Shown piece by piece: positions 7,246-16,630 of a DNA stretch of 55,736 bases. Numbering within the stretch: position 1 is the stretch's first letter; every line of letters begins with the position of its first letter. The notes below the pieces were generated by a model. It saw only the letters and a list, made by a program, of their open reading frames with translations. It was not told where the DNA came from and made no database searches. The translations under genes and the position numbers were made by a program. Source of the stretch: a virus (Duplodnaviria > Caudoviricetes); the IMG/VR virus record IMGVR_UViG_3300027985_001320, positions 1 to 55,736 of that record; one strand, written 5' to 3'.

Positions 7246-9894
7246 TTATTCAAAGGCCCCGAGATAGGTATCCAGGGCTAAAACTGTGAGATTCGTGCCG
7301 GACTCATAGGGCACCACTTGGTAGTGGGTCGCCATATCCAACCGCCCGTTGAAGTAGACCGCGTTTACCCGGTCTAGGAACTGATACTGATAGATGTTGA
7401 CACTGACTTTGAAGTTATACGCATGGGGATGGACGTACTGATACTGCTCGTCGATCCCCTGGTAAGCAGGGTCATACGCTAAGGCCCACTCGTAATCCGC
7501 TAACCACGACTGAAGCTCCATCTCCGTATAGGTCGATTCGACCTTTGCCCGATCGATATATTCCCCCAACATCATCCGAGTCACGATGAGGAAAAAAGGT
7601 GAGTACAGGCGATGAAGGATAGGTGTCGTCGTGGGTAGTGTCTTCTCAGGCTCCGGTAGTAACGGTGTCATGTAGTTACTGATCCGACGATCGAGGTCCT
7701 TACTCACGGCGCGCATCGAGCGCATCGTTGAGACCGTCACCTCGTGTAACGGCACAATGACATCATCAATCGCATAGGGCATCCCGTTAAGCGACTCATC
7801 TACTGCCACACCACTGTCGGCTTCTGAAAAGAGCAAATCGTCACGGTGCACAACAGCCCCGCCTACAGTAATGCGGCTGACCTTATCGTCCCGAATATCG
7901 TAAATCGAGTTACGGGACAAGAGACCCCATTTCACAAACCCGCTGTCTTGATCCTGTTCTCGCTCCAGCGCCGCACTGGGGTGACCGCTGATAAAGGCAT
8001 AGATTACATCCACATCAATGCCTGTCTGATGGCGATAACGTTTGTTATAGACCATGACGTTCGGCCACTCGATTTTGTAATCGATCCCTTCAATCAGTGC
8101 TTTACCGTTCATCCACAGATACACTGTGCCTTTCGGGAACACTAGGTTGATAGGGGCTTCATCAACCCCATCGGACTGAATCGACGTCAATTGGAAGAAT
8201 AACGTGTCATCAACCCGGTCGGTCTGCGGGGTGATAAGATTAACAACGTTATACCGATCCGATACGATCAGGGTGTGGGTTAAGTTCGGATTGATCGACC
8301 ATACGACCTCATTCGCTGTGTTCACCACCACCACGCTGGGATCATCCGTCACATCGACCCAGGCCTCGGTTGGATTACCAACGCCATCATCCGGACAGGT
8401 GTAAAAACGCCAGCCGTAGAATGGGTCTATCGTAAAGGGGGTCCCGTTATTGTGTGTATCGCGGTATTCATCGAAGCGATCACGACGTTCGCCGATGTAC
8501 GCTTCCACGAGGGTCGCGTCCGCGTTTTGACAATAATACCGGGTCCCTGATGGGTGATTATAGATCCCTAACAAATACCCATCGGCCCCATATTCACAGA
8601 GCGTAGCCCCAAATTGTAGCGAGAAACTGAGGTCGACCCCTTTAGTGCCCGAAAAATCAACCACCTTAATCGGACTATCTGCCACCAATTTACTGATCGC
8701 ATTATACCCATAGGCCCGATCGATCAGCGCTTGGGTCACCTCTGTTTGTTTTGCACGCATCAGTTCGACGTAACCTGCAGTCTCCAGTTTGGGGGCTGAC
8801 CATTCCGCAAGCGTGCTGAGCGTCCCTGTAAGGGCCGCTATGAGGTCTTCGTCCGAAAGCTTATACAACTCCTTAATACGACTGTTCTCGTCTACAAGGG
8901 GCCGTTTGAAGCCTGCACGGCGAATGATCATGCGAACCGTCATATCCTCGATCAGTGTACCATCCCCCAAACCATCCACTAACGCCTGCACGTGGTCAAT
9001 ACGAATCGCATAGTCCCGATGTGTCAACATCCGCACCGCACTGCGTAGATTACGGTGATAGTAGATGCCAGTGAAATGTCCCAGGGCATCTTTTTTCACC
9101 AGGTAGATATCGACATCATCGAAATATTCAATGGTATCGACGTCCACCCCACCATAATGCAAGATATATTTCCGGGTATTGTCCAGCTCACTTAAGAAGG
9201 TCGGGCAGTCCGGAATGGGGATGTCCACGATCCGCTTGACAGAACCATCCCACACCAATTCCGCATAATCACCGATCGCCATATTCGCGACTGTTAAGGC
9301 GTCCACCAACCGCCCGTTAATAAAGGCATTGGTGTGCCCCGGCATCGCCGCGTAGGTGGCGTACTGCTGCGCCATAGCCGTTTTATCCGATACAGAACCG
9401 ACATTCATGCCATTTGCATACGTCGCATACGGATAATCATCTGACCGGACGGACCCATAAAACGCATTGGTATAGAAGCGAAAGAATAAACTCTCGCCCA
9501 TGAAATCTACATCGAACCGAGCGTCTTTACGGATCGCTACGATCACGTTACGGTTAGCGGTTACCTGTATATACCCGTGGGTCAGGGGCAGGTGGTTACC
9601 CCGTTCACCGTACAGGTCGATAATCATGTTACTCTGATTAACCACGTAGTTAAAGGACACCCAGGCTGACTGTATATCCAATAACCCCATGATCGCCGGG
9701 TGTAGCTGACCGATCTGGTAGACGTGCCACAGACTACCGGTATCCGGTAGGCCATAATCCCGGTACATGATACGGATCCGCCGCCGGATACCGGTAGGGG
9801 ACGTCAGTCGGGCGGCTTTAAAAGTATACTGGCGATCCTGGTAAGGGGAGCACCACACATTCGCAATCGCATGTTCGCGAAGAAAACTGTACAT
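7246..9894 (-). CDS. Virion structural protein, phiKZ gp27-like (likely baseplate)
   Basis: 882 aa. N-terminal FL..HA..NVWCSPYQDRQ motif typical of the family. Synteny. Confidence 0.72.
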   Translation of the reverse strand: MYSFLREHAIANVWCSPYQDRQYTFKAARLTSPTGIRRRIRIMYRDYGLPDTGSLWHVYQIGQLHPAIMGLLDIQSAWVSFNYVVNQSNMIIDLYGERGNHLPLTHGYIQVTANRNVIVAIRKDARFDVDFMGESLFFRFYTNAFYGSVRSDDYPYATYANGMNVGSVSDKTAMAQQYATYAAMPGHTNAFINGRLVDALTVANMAIGDYAELVWDGSVKRIVDIPIPDCPTFLSELDNTRKYILHYGGVDVDTIEYFDDVDIYLVKKDALGHFTGIYYHRNLRSAVRMLTHRDYAIRIDHVQALVDGLGDGTLIEDMTVRMIIRRAGFKRPLVDENSRIKELYKLSDEDLIAALTGTLSTLAEWSAPKLETAGYVELMRAKQTEVTQALIDRAYGYNAISKLVADSPIKVVDFSGTKGVDLSFSLQFGATLCEYGADGYLLGIYNHPSGTRYYCQNADATLVEAYIGERRDRFDEYRDTHNNGTPFTIDPFYGWRFYTCPDDGVGNPTEAWVDVTDDPSVVVVNTANEVVWSINPNLTHTLIVSDRYNVVNLITPQTDRVDDTLFFQLTSIQSDGVDEAPINLVFPKGTVYLWMNGKALIEGIDYKIEWPNVMVYNKRYRHQTGIDVDVIYAFISGHPSAALEREQDQDSGFVKWGLLSRNSIYDIRDDKVSRITVGGAVVHRDDLLFSEADSGVAVDESLNGMPYAIDDVIVPLHEVTVSTMRSMRAVSKDLDRRISNYMTPLLPEPEKTLPTTTPILHRLYSPFFLIVTRMMLGEYIDRAKVESTYTEMELQSWLADYEWALAYDPAYQGIDEQYQYVHPHAYNFKVSVNIYQYQFLDRVNAVYFNGRLDMATHYQVVPYESGTNLTVLALDTYLGAFE

Positions 9895-9918
9895 AGGACC
9901 TCCCGCCGGGTCGAAAGA

Positions 9919-10845
9919 TTAAACCGTAATCAGTGCACCCATTTGCTGCTGGTAACGCTGCCGTTCGGCCAGGGGGGCGGCCTCCAACAGTTCGGCGATC
10001 TTGGTTTTACGGTAACTCCGATCTCCCAGGGCCTGCAGCGCCAGCGCATGAAACAACGGCGGGTACTCCAGTGCGATGGCCACACTCTCACGGTGCGCCG
10101 CCCCCATGAAGGTATTTTGGAGATAACTGTAAAGGACGCCGATATCCAAGCGCGCCAGGCGTATCGGGTCCGCCCGTTTGAGTAACTCGACCAGCGAGTG
10201 AATATTCAGGATCGGACCGAACTCTTCTTCACGGAAGCGTATGAAAATTTCATCGGCATTGACGCGTGTAATCACCCCCAATTTATTGGTGTAACGCCGC
10301 AGCACCAGATCGCTGCTCAGATCCACCGGGGTCTCTTCAAACAACATCAACCAGTAAAGCGCCGTGTAGACACTGACCCATTTCATGGCTTCCGGGTTAA
10401 GCAACTCCCGTTGACCTAACACGCCGGTGATCCAGCGGGAAAATACACGACCGACTAAGCCACTGATGGCTAACAGATCCAGCGGCCCGTTATTAATCCA
10501 GGCCTTGGAGATGGCCGCCCCAAACAACGGAATGCCGCTGTCGTAACTGTTCGGAATCCGAAAACTATGAGTGCGTGTATCTTCCTGAACCCACCCCTTA
10601 CCATAGACCGCTACCATCCAACTTTCGGTAATGGAAAGATGGGCGGATTTGAACAGAATCGGATGTTTGAACTGAGCGACTTCGGTGTTACTCGGTGGGA
10701 CAACCAACACCCCTTTTACATCTGTTCCTTTAATACTGTCGGATAATATGAGTAAGTCACTGACTAAAGACCGCTGTAGCTGACGGACGATGCTGGCAAC
10801 GGACATTCCGCTGCACAGAGTAGTTTCATATGGCGTCTTAAACAT
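9919..10845 (-). CDS. phiKZ gp28-like conserved protein
   Basis: 308 aa. MFKTPYETT start and VAIALEYPPLF near the C-terminus. Divergent from the sheath gene as in phiKZ-like phages. Confidence 0.65.
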   Translation of the reverse strand: MFKTPYETTLCSGMSVASIVRQLQRSLVSDLLILSDSIKGTDVKGVLVVPPSNTEVAQFKHPILFKSAHLSITESWMVAVYGKGWVQEDTRTHSFRIPNSYDSGIPLFGAAISKAWINNGPLDLLAISGLVGRVFSRWITGVLGQRELLNPEAMKWVSVYTALYWLMLFEETPVDLSSDLVLRRYTNKLGVITRVNADEIFIRFREEEFGPILNIHSLVELLKRADPIRLARLDIGVLYSYLQNTFMGAAHRESVAIALEYPPLFHALALQALGDRSYRKTKIAELLEAAPLAERQRYQQQMGALITV

Positions 10846-10959
10846 CTCTTTGTTCCTTCTCTGTGTTTTTAGCTAAAAACATTGCATAACTGGGTAGCAA
10901 TACCCTTGTTTTACCGCACCCGAGCACTATACAATACAGCCCTAAATTAGGAGCACCCG

Positions 10960-13041
10960 ATGACAACACTCATCAAAAACGGAGCACCGAAGTTCATTCC
11001 GCTCGGCGCCCAAGATATTTCGGCAGCTACGTCTGAAGAAAACACGCCAGTCTATCCGGTGAACTTCCCGCATCTGTACATCTATGCGCAGCGCGGCCGT
11101 CTCGAACCGCTGGCGTTGTTTTTGAGCCAGGCCTACAAGGAATACGGCGACGAAACGTTTAACGAACGTAGCGTCTACTTTAACCACCAGACCGTTTTTG
11201 CCACCAAAGCGTTTGGCCCGAAAGCCAACAAAATGCTCCTGCAGCGTTTGAAACCCGATGACGCCAACGACCCGGCGACCCTGGTGCTGTGGGTTGACGT
11301 ACTGGAAGCCGACCTCCCAGTCTATCAGCGTGAGGCTGATGGCAGTTACACCTACGTCGACGGGGCCCTGGTGGATACGGGTACTACCGTGGCCGGGGTA
11401 AAACTGTTGTGGTCGGTGGTTCCGTTGGACCGTGATGGCGGCGAGACCCTGAAAGGACTGCAGACGAAACCCGGCACGATGGCCGGTACCCTTGACGGTT
11501 CACCGGTGACCTCTACGCTGTATCCGATCCTGCCGTTGGAGGTTTCCAGTTTCGGCGCCTACGGTAACAACATCGGGATTCGCCCGTATGCCCCGACCCT
11601 GTCCAGCACCACGCCGGTCGATGAAGACCTGATCGATGACCAGTCGGCTTACCTTTACCGTATCCAGATGGTCGAAAAAGCCACCACCAGCACCACACCT
11701 GTGGTGACGCGGACGGCCGATGGCGACAACTACGTCGAGTTCATGCTGAAACCCGGTGCGGTCAACACCAAACTGAATAGCGACCTGTATATCGACGACG
11801 TCGTCATTTCGGCTTACAAGCCGGAAACGCTGTATGCCGCTGACTACTACGACGATGCACCGTTCGGCCAGCTGTATGTGTATCAGGATAATATCGATAC
11901 CGTCCTCGGTAAGATGTACGCCGCGGAAACGGCGGAAGGCACGCTGGACCTGCCGACCACGGCGGATGCAAAATACATCATGAACCTGTTTTCCGCGACG
12001 ACGTATGACGATGTGCCCTACTACGCCGTTCAGGTAGCGGGCGTGGATGACGGCGGTGTGATCTTTACCGAAACCTCTACGCATTATGCGGCCGGCGGTT
12101 CTGACGGCACTATGAACGATACCGCGTTTGCAGCACTGGTGAAACATCAGCTGGATAACTACGGTGAGCTGGAATACGACATCGCTAACGCGCTGCGTTA
12201 TCCGGCCTCCAGTTACTGGGACACCGGTTTCCCGCTGGAAACCAAGTACTCGTTCTTCAACATCCTGAATAAGCGCTCCGACGCGATCCCGTTTGTATGT
12301 ACCCAGGATGTCAACGAAGAACTCAACACCGCCAGTGAAGATGGGTCTGTAGCTGTCAGTCTGGTTACCCGTGCCCGGGCTTACCCGGAATCAACCTGGT
12401 ACGGTACACCCACCGCCCGCGCCGCCCTGTTCGGCTGGGCCGGTAAGCTGATGAACTCGAACTACAAGAAAAACGTGCCACTGTTGATCGAGTTCGCGGC
12501 GATGTACGCAGGGATGCTGGGGTCCGAAAGCCCGCTCTTTAACGAGCGCAAAGCCTTCGATACCCCGAGCGGTAAGAAACTGAGTCTGATCGACCCGGCG
12601 ACCACCAACGTCGTGACCCTGACCGAATCACTGCGCAACAAAAACTGGGCAAACGGTCTGGTGTACGCCGAATACTGCGACCGTAACCAGTTGGCCTTTA
12701 CGCAGTTCCAGACGGTACATGAAGACGATACGTCGGCGCTGAACACCATCCTCACCGCCTCGGCGTTGTGCCTGATCGACCGTGTGTGTCGTCAGACACA
12801 TATCGATCTCTCCGGTACGACCAAGTTCGAAACGGAACTGGAGTTCCTGGAAGAAGCGGATCGCCGGACAACTGAAGCCCTGCAGAAGATCCTGTCTGAG
12901 CGCTTTACGTTCTCGGTGCAGTCCGAGGGTAACGACCCGCGGGGGTATGTATGGTACACCAAAGTCTATCTGGGCGCCAATATCCAGAAGACGGTTAACG
13001 TACAGACCACCATTGTTCACCGTAAAGATACTGGAGTATAA
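10960..13041 (+). CDS. Contractile tail sheath protein (phiKZ gp29-like)
   Basis: 693 aa. IKNGAP...LGAQD start, YG.ETF...S.YFNHQT, GGSDGTM and WDTGFPLETK motifs. AGGAG RBS and strongly biased codon usage. Confidence 0.88.
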   Translation: MTTLIKNGAPKFIPLGAQDISAATSEENTPVYPVNFPHLYIYAQRGRLEPLALFLSQAYKEYGDETFNERSVYFNHQTVFATKAFGPKANKMLLQRLKPDDANDPATLVLWVDVLEADLPVYQREADGSYTYVDGALVDTGTTVAGVKLLWSVVPLDRDGGETLKGLQTKPGTMAGTLDGSPVTSTLYPILPLEVSSFGAYGNNIGIRPYAPTLSSTTPVDEDLIDDQSAYLYRIQMVEKATTSTTPVVTRTADGDNYVEFMLKPGAVNTKLNSDLYIDDVVISAYKPETLYAADYYDDAPFGQLYVYQDNIDTVLGKMYAAETAEGTLDLPTTADAKYIMNLFSATTYDDVPYYAVQVAGVDDGGVIFTETSTHYAAGGSDGTMNDTAFAALVKHQLDNYGELEYDIANALRYPASSYWDTGFPLETKYSFFNILNKRSDAIPFVCTQDVNEELNTASEDGSVAVSLVTRARAYPESTWYGTPTARAALFGWAGKLMNSNYKKNVPLLIEFAAMYAGMLGSESPLFNERKAFDTPSGKKLSLIDPATTNVVTLTESLRNKNWANGLVYAEYCDRNQLAFTQFQTVHEDDTSALNTILTASALCLIDRVCRQTHIDLSGTTKFETELEFLEEADRRTTEALQKILSERFTFSVQSEGNDPRGYVWYTKVYLGANIQKTVNVQTTIVHRKDTGV

Positions 13042-13043
13042 CG

Positions 13044-13898
13044 ATGAGTCGTCTCGCTAATACCATCGTCCGCACGAGCAGCTTGGTGCGCAGCGATGCG
13101 CAGTCCAAGATGGTGGACCCGCGCAACAATGGGTTGTCCGGCGGGATGCCGGACTATCAAAGCATCGTCAGCAACAGCGCGTACGTACGACGCGACCTGG
13201 TCGCGGTTCTGATCACTGAACCGAAAATGTTCAGTCAGTACACGGACGCCGCGGCGCTGACTGCGATGCTGAAAGCCTGCGTCGAAATTCACTGGGACTG
13301 GACCGGGATCAACGGTACCCTGACCGTTGAATCGGATGAACGTCAGGTCACCAAAGGTGGCCAGATGATGCAGACCCCGACCAACGTTACCCGTCAGCCG
13401 TCCGTGCCGGTCGCCGCCAGTTATGAACGTCCGGGACGTGTGTTCAGCCGTCTGATTGATTTCATCATCCGTTCGGGCATTCGCGATGAGCGTAATGCTC
13501 GCGCCACGGCCATGAACTCCGGTGATGTGACCGATCAGCTGTTGGACTTCTACAGCATGCAGGTGCTGTTCTTCGAACCGGACCCGACCGGCCAGTTCGT
13601 GGAGCGTGCCTGGTTCTGCACCAACATGTATCCGAAAGCCGGTAACGATAACTCTGCCAGCAAAACAGCGGCACAGGGGGGTGAAGCGTTGGACTTCAGC
13701 GTTGAGTGGGCATGCATGGACATCGTCAACGATAACGTTGATGCCATGGCACAGGCCTACCTCGATGGTCTGAAAGACAGCTACTTCGATCCGCAGGCCC
13801 TGGCGATCCCGGATACGGAACGTAGTGCAGCGGTTCAGGCGGCTGAGTATGGCTATGCTGAATCCATTGCGGCAGCTAACGAAGCGGCGGGCGTGTAA
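13044..13898 (+). CDS. Tail tube protein (phiKZ gp30-like)
   Basis: 284 aa directly after the sheath. SAYVRR, LFFEPDP and AWFCTNMYPK motifs. Confidence 0.85.
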   Translation: MSRLANTIVRTSSLVRSDAQSKMVDPRNNGLSGGMPDYQSIVSNSAYVRRDLVAVLITEPKMFSQYTDAAALTAMLKACVEIHWDWTGINGTLTVESDERQVTKGGQMMQTPTNVTRQPSVPVAASYERPGRVFSRLIDFIIRSGIRDERNARATAMNSGDVTDQLLDFYSMQVLFFEPDPTGQFVERAWFCTNMYPKAGNDNSASKTAAQGGEALDFSVEWACMDIVNDNVDAMAQAYLDGLKDSYFDPQALAIPDTERSAAVQAAEYGYAESIAAANEAAGV

Positions 13899-13900
13899 CG

Positions 13901-13970
13901 AAAAAAAAAAAGTGTACTCGGGTTAAAAGGAGAGAGGGGCCAGCGCCCCTCTCTCCTTTCATTTATGCCG
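13901..13970. terminator. Bidirectional terminator (hairpin; TATGCCG on + side, A-run on the other)
   Basis: AAAGGAGAGAGGGGC-CAGC-GCCCCTCTCTCCTTT at 13926-13959, A-run at 13901-13911, TATGCCG at 13964-13970. Confidence 0.8.
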
Positions 13971-13972
13971 CC

Positions 13973-15457
13973 TTATTTTGTTTCGTTGGCCTGATCCGCA
14001 ACGACACTGTGGATGGCCGCTGTCAGTTCTACCATGGTCGGTACCCCCATATCGGCGGCCGGGTCATCCACCGGGGCTTCAGTTTGCTTTGACATGCGCC
14101 GTGCTTTCAGTTTACCGAGTTCGGACTTCTGTTCGCGACGATACTCCAGATCACGCTGGAGACGATCGTCTACCCGTGCATCGAAGTGCAGCCGGAACAG
14201 GTCCTCGGCTTTTTCACTGATATCCTGCAGCAGCCGACGCTCAGTATCTGTTAGCCGGTAGTAGTCCGGGTATTGCGTCAGATGATTGTTCTCCTCGATA
14301 ATTGCTGAATACAACCCGTAAATAAGATAAGATTCCAGCGGCAGGTTAAGCGAGTCACTCGCCTGTTCCAGCTCCGCTTTAGCATAGGCTGCTTCCCACC
14401 CCATCTTCAGGCTCTTGAAGATATCCCGTACGTTGGTCTGTACATCCGAGTTGGCATAATCGATGTAGCAGAACGCTCGATCGGTAATCAGCTCGGCCAG
14501 CCGTTCGTTCGCCTCTGGGGTATCCATCTTATCCAGGGAGACCATTTCCTCGAAGATGGGCCGTTGGGCATAGCTCATGTGGCCGAGCATGTTGTCGATA
14601 AACGCCCATTCTTGTGCAGTCGCTGCCAACAACTTACCGTCATGATGACGGTCCAGATAGCAACGGTTATCGACATCCGGGAAGCCGATAGCAATAAACC
14701 CTTCGACATAGGCGTTGTAATAGCTGATGCCATCCACGATGGAGATCGCGCACCGGTTCTGCTCACACAGCGTACACAGCATGTCGTATACTGCCATCGG
14801 TGAGGTGATGTCGTCACGCGTATCGACGATGAACTTGTGGGGTGGGGTTTCAGTTTCCAGTTGTTCGTAGAAATAGGCGGCGTTGCCGATCATGGTATCG
14901 ACGATATGTTTACACCCCATCGCCACAAACTCATCGTGGTTTTCAGCAGCCTGGAGCAGGATAGACTCATTGCCTTCCAGCAATTCTTTCTCGATCAAGT
15001 ACGTGACGAGTCGATTATAAACCTTCACGCCATTCGTCGTGCTATGCGGCACACCGGCCAACTGACACAGTTCACGCAGGAAGTTACCTTGTCGCGTGAC
15101 GTTGGTATGCATCATATCCAGCCACTCGATACGGATCAGGTCCGCATCACCCTTTTCGACCATGGTCTCGTAGTAAAACTTAGCGAAGACTTCACAGTGC
15201 TGGTCCACCGCGTCCGTGTTATCGGCCACCTGCGACCCTTGTGCCGTCAGCAGGGCGACGAGTTCTTCTTCTGATGCTTCATCGAAGAGGGTCATGTTCG
15301 GTGCGGCGTCATCACTGTCCGGATCGGGTTGTTCTTCCGCGGTTTCGACTTTGGTCTCCAGCGCATCCTCATCGATCATCTCATCGAACATTTCATCGAT
15401 CAAGGTGTTGATAGTATTGGTCGTGTTGTTTGCTTCGGTCATCGTTAAAAATCCCAT
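13973..15457 (-). CDS. Acidic hypothetical protein with 100-aa internal repeat
   Basis: 494-aa ORF, D/E-rich N-terminus, duplicated LxxLC...S..(N/D)G...YN..V...I motif. Confidence 0.8.
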   Translation of the reverse strand: MGFLTMTEANNTTNTINTLIDEMFDEMIDEDALETKVETAEEQPDPDSDDAAPNMTLFDEASEEELVALLTAQGSQVADNTDAVDQHCEVFAKFYYETMVEKGDADLIRIEWLDMMHTNVTRQGNFLRELCQLAGVPHSTTNGVKVYNRLVTYLIEKELLEGNESILLQAAENHDEFVAMGCKHIVDTMIGNAAYFYEQLETETPPHKFIVDTRDDITSPMAVYDMLCTLCEQNRCAISIVDGISYYNAYVEGFIAIGFPDVDNRCYLDRHHDGKLLAATAQEWAFIDNMLGHMSYAQRPIFEEMVSLDKMDTPEANERLAELITDRAFCYIDYANSDVQTNVRDIFKSLKMGWEAAYAKAELEQASDSLNLPLESYLIYGLYSAIIEENNHLTQYPDYYRLTDTERRLLQDISEKAEDLFRLHFDARVDDRLQRDLEYRREQKSELGKLKARRMSKQTEAPVDDPAADMGVPTMVELTAAIHSVVADQANETK

Positions 15458-15466
15458 CGATTACAG

Positions 15467-15853
15467 TTAGGTTGCGCTAGTACGAATACGGTTGATGATC
15501 GTCTGTTCCATAGTGTACATGTCACGCCGGAACGTATCAGTGATACTTCTAACCAACAGCATACCAAGATCTTTTTCAAACGTTTCTTTGAACAGTTGGA
15601 TCAACACTTCATTGTTGTTGTTGATCCAGTCCTTGGCAAATTCAGTCATCCACTCTTTGATCACTGCCTTAAAAAGCTCTTCAGCTAAACTGGGGGACCA
15701 TTGATCGTCTCTGGCGAAGAAAAAACGTTCCAAAGAGGTCTCGACCATTTTAATCATTTGTTCATCGGTCAGCAACGAGGCGAAATGTTCTCGCATCAAG
15801 TTAACCGCACGATCTTCAAACGTTGTTTTGATATCAAGTTCTTTATTAGCCAT
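15467..15853 (-). CDS. Hypothetical protein (128 aa, helical)
   Basis: ORF with GAGGGAG RBS, co-oriented with neighbours. Confidence 0.75.
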   Translation of the reverse strand: MANKELDIKTTFEDRAVNLMREHFASLLTDEQMIKMVETSLERFFFARDDQWSPSLAEELFKAVIKEWMTEFAKDWINNNNEVLIQLFKETFEKDLGMLLVRSITDTFRRDMYTMEQTIINRIRTSAT

Positions 15854-15945
15854 GTTACGCTCCCTCTATCTATTAGCTGTCTAATAGAATGCGCCATGTA
15901 TGTACTGGGTTACGTTTATTAGCGCCGCTGCGCATTAAAAAATAA

Positions 15946-15987
15946 CGGCATAGATGTCGAGTAGTAGGGGTTAGCCCCTACTACTCG
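15946..15987 (-). terminator. Hairpin plus TATGCCG element
   Basis: CGAGTAGTAGGGG-TTAG-CCCCTACTACTCG (15958-15987). Minus-strand TATGCCG at 15952-15946. Confidence 0.75.
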
Positions 15988-16009
15988 TTAAACGTATAAC
16001 GCGTGAGCC

Positions 16010-16483
16010 TTAGGTGGACAGCTTCTCCAGACCGTAGGCCTGCAGGTCCTTACGGACATTGCTGACGACCGTATTACGGATGTCACGTTTGGCCCAGGCA
16101 ATAACGGTATTGCCGTACACCGTCTTGGTCTTCTGTTTTTCCCCCTCGGCGATCCGGCCAGCCGGCACCTGAGATTCACGGCTGGTGGTACCTTTCAGTG
16201 TATCGTTGCCGATCTTGACTTTGCCCATCGTCACCGACGGCAGGCTGGGATTCTCTGCCATCATTTCGATGGCGTCGCGGCCGAAGGCGTAGAGAAAGGC
16301 AGCGTGGATGTTGCCGTCAGCGACCTGGTGTTTGATATGTTCGTCCAGGTCGATGCCCAGTTTGTCCAGGATGTAGGTGGCCGCTTCATCAGAGGGGGTG
16401 ATCGTACCCGCTTCCGGGTCCTTCACGTTGAACTCACGCAGTTGTTCACCGAGCTCTGCGATCATGGGTTTTACTTCGGACAT
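16010..16483 (-). CDS. Hypothetical protein (157 aa), likely highly expressed
   Basis: AAGGA RBS before ATG 16483 (MSEVKP), in frame with ORF 16010..16549. Biased codon usage. Has its own promoter-like motif and terminator. Confidence 0.8.
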   Translation of the reverse strand: MSEVKPMIAELGEQLREFNVKDPEAGTITPSDEAATYILDKLGIDLDEHIKHQVADGNIHAAFLYAFGRDAIEMMAENPSLPSVTMGKVKIGNDTLKGTTSRESQVPAGRIAEGEKQKTKTVYGNTVIAWAKRDIRNTVVSNVRKDLQAYGLEKLST

Positions 16484-16590
16484 GTCATGTTCCTTTTGTG
16501 GGACGCTATGTTTTGGGTTTGCAAACCAAAGGTGTGCTTTCTCGTGCACATGTAGTGGGTGCCACGTTCTGTTTTACGCTGTACACACTA

Positions 16591-16616
16591 CACCATGGTA
16601 ATACGGGGTTGAAAAA
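16591..16616 (-). promoter_or_regulatory. Putative phage-RNAP (early-type) promoter
   Basis: TTTTTCAACCCCGTATTACCATGGTG, 19/26 identical to the motif at 40086-40111. Core resembles the phiKZ early motif TATATTAC. Confidence 0.55.
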
Positions 16617-16630
16617 TCTTACAGTCTACC

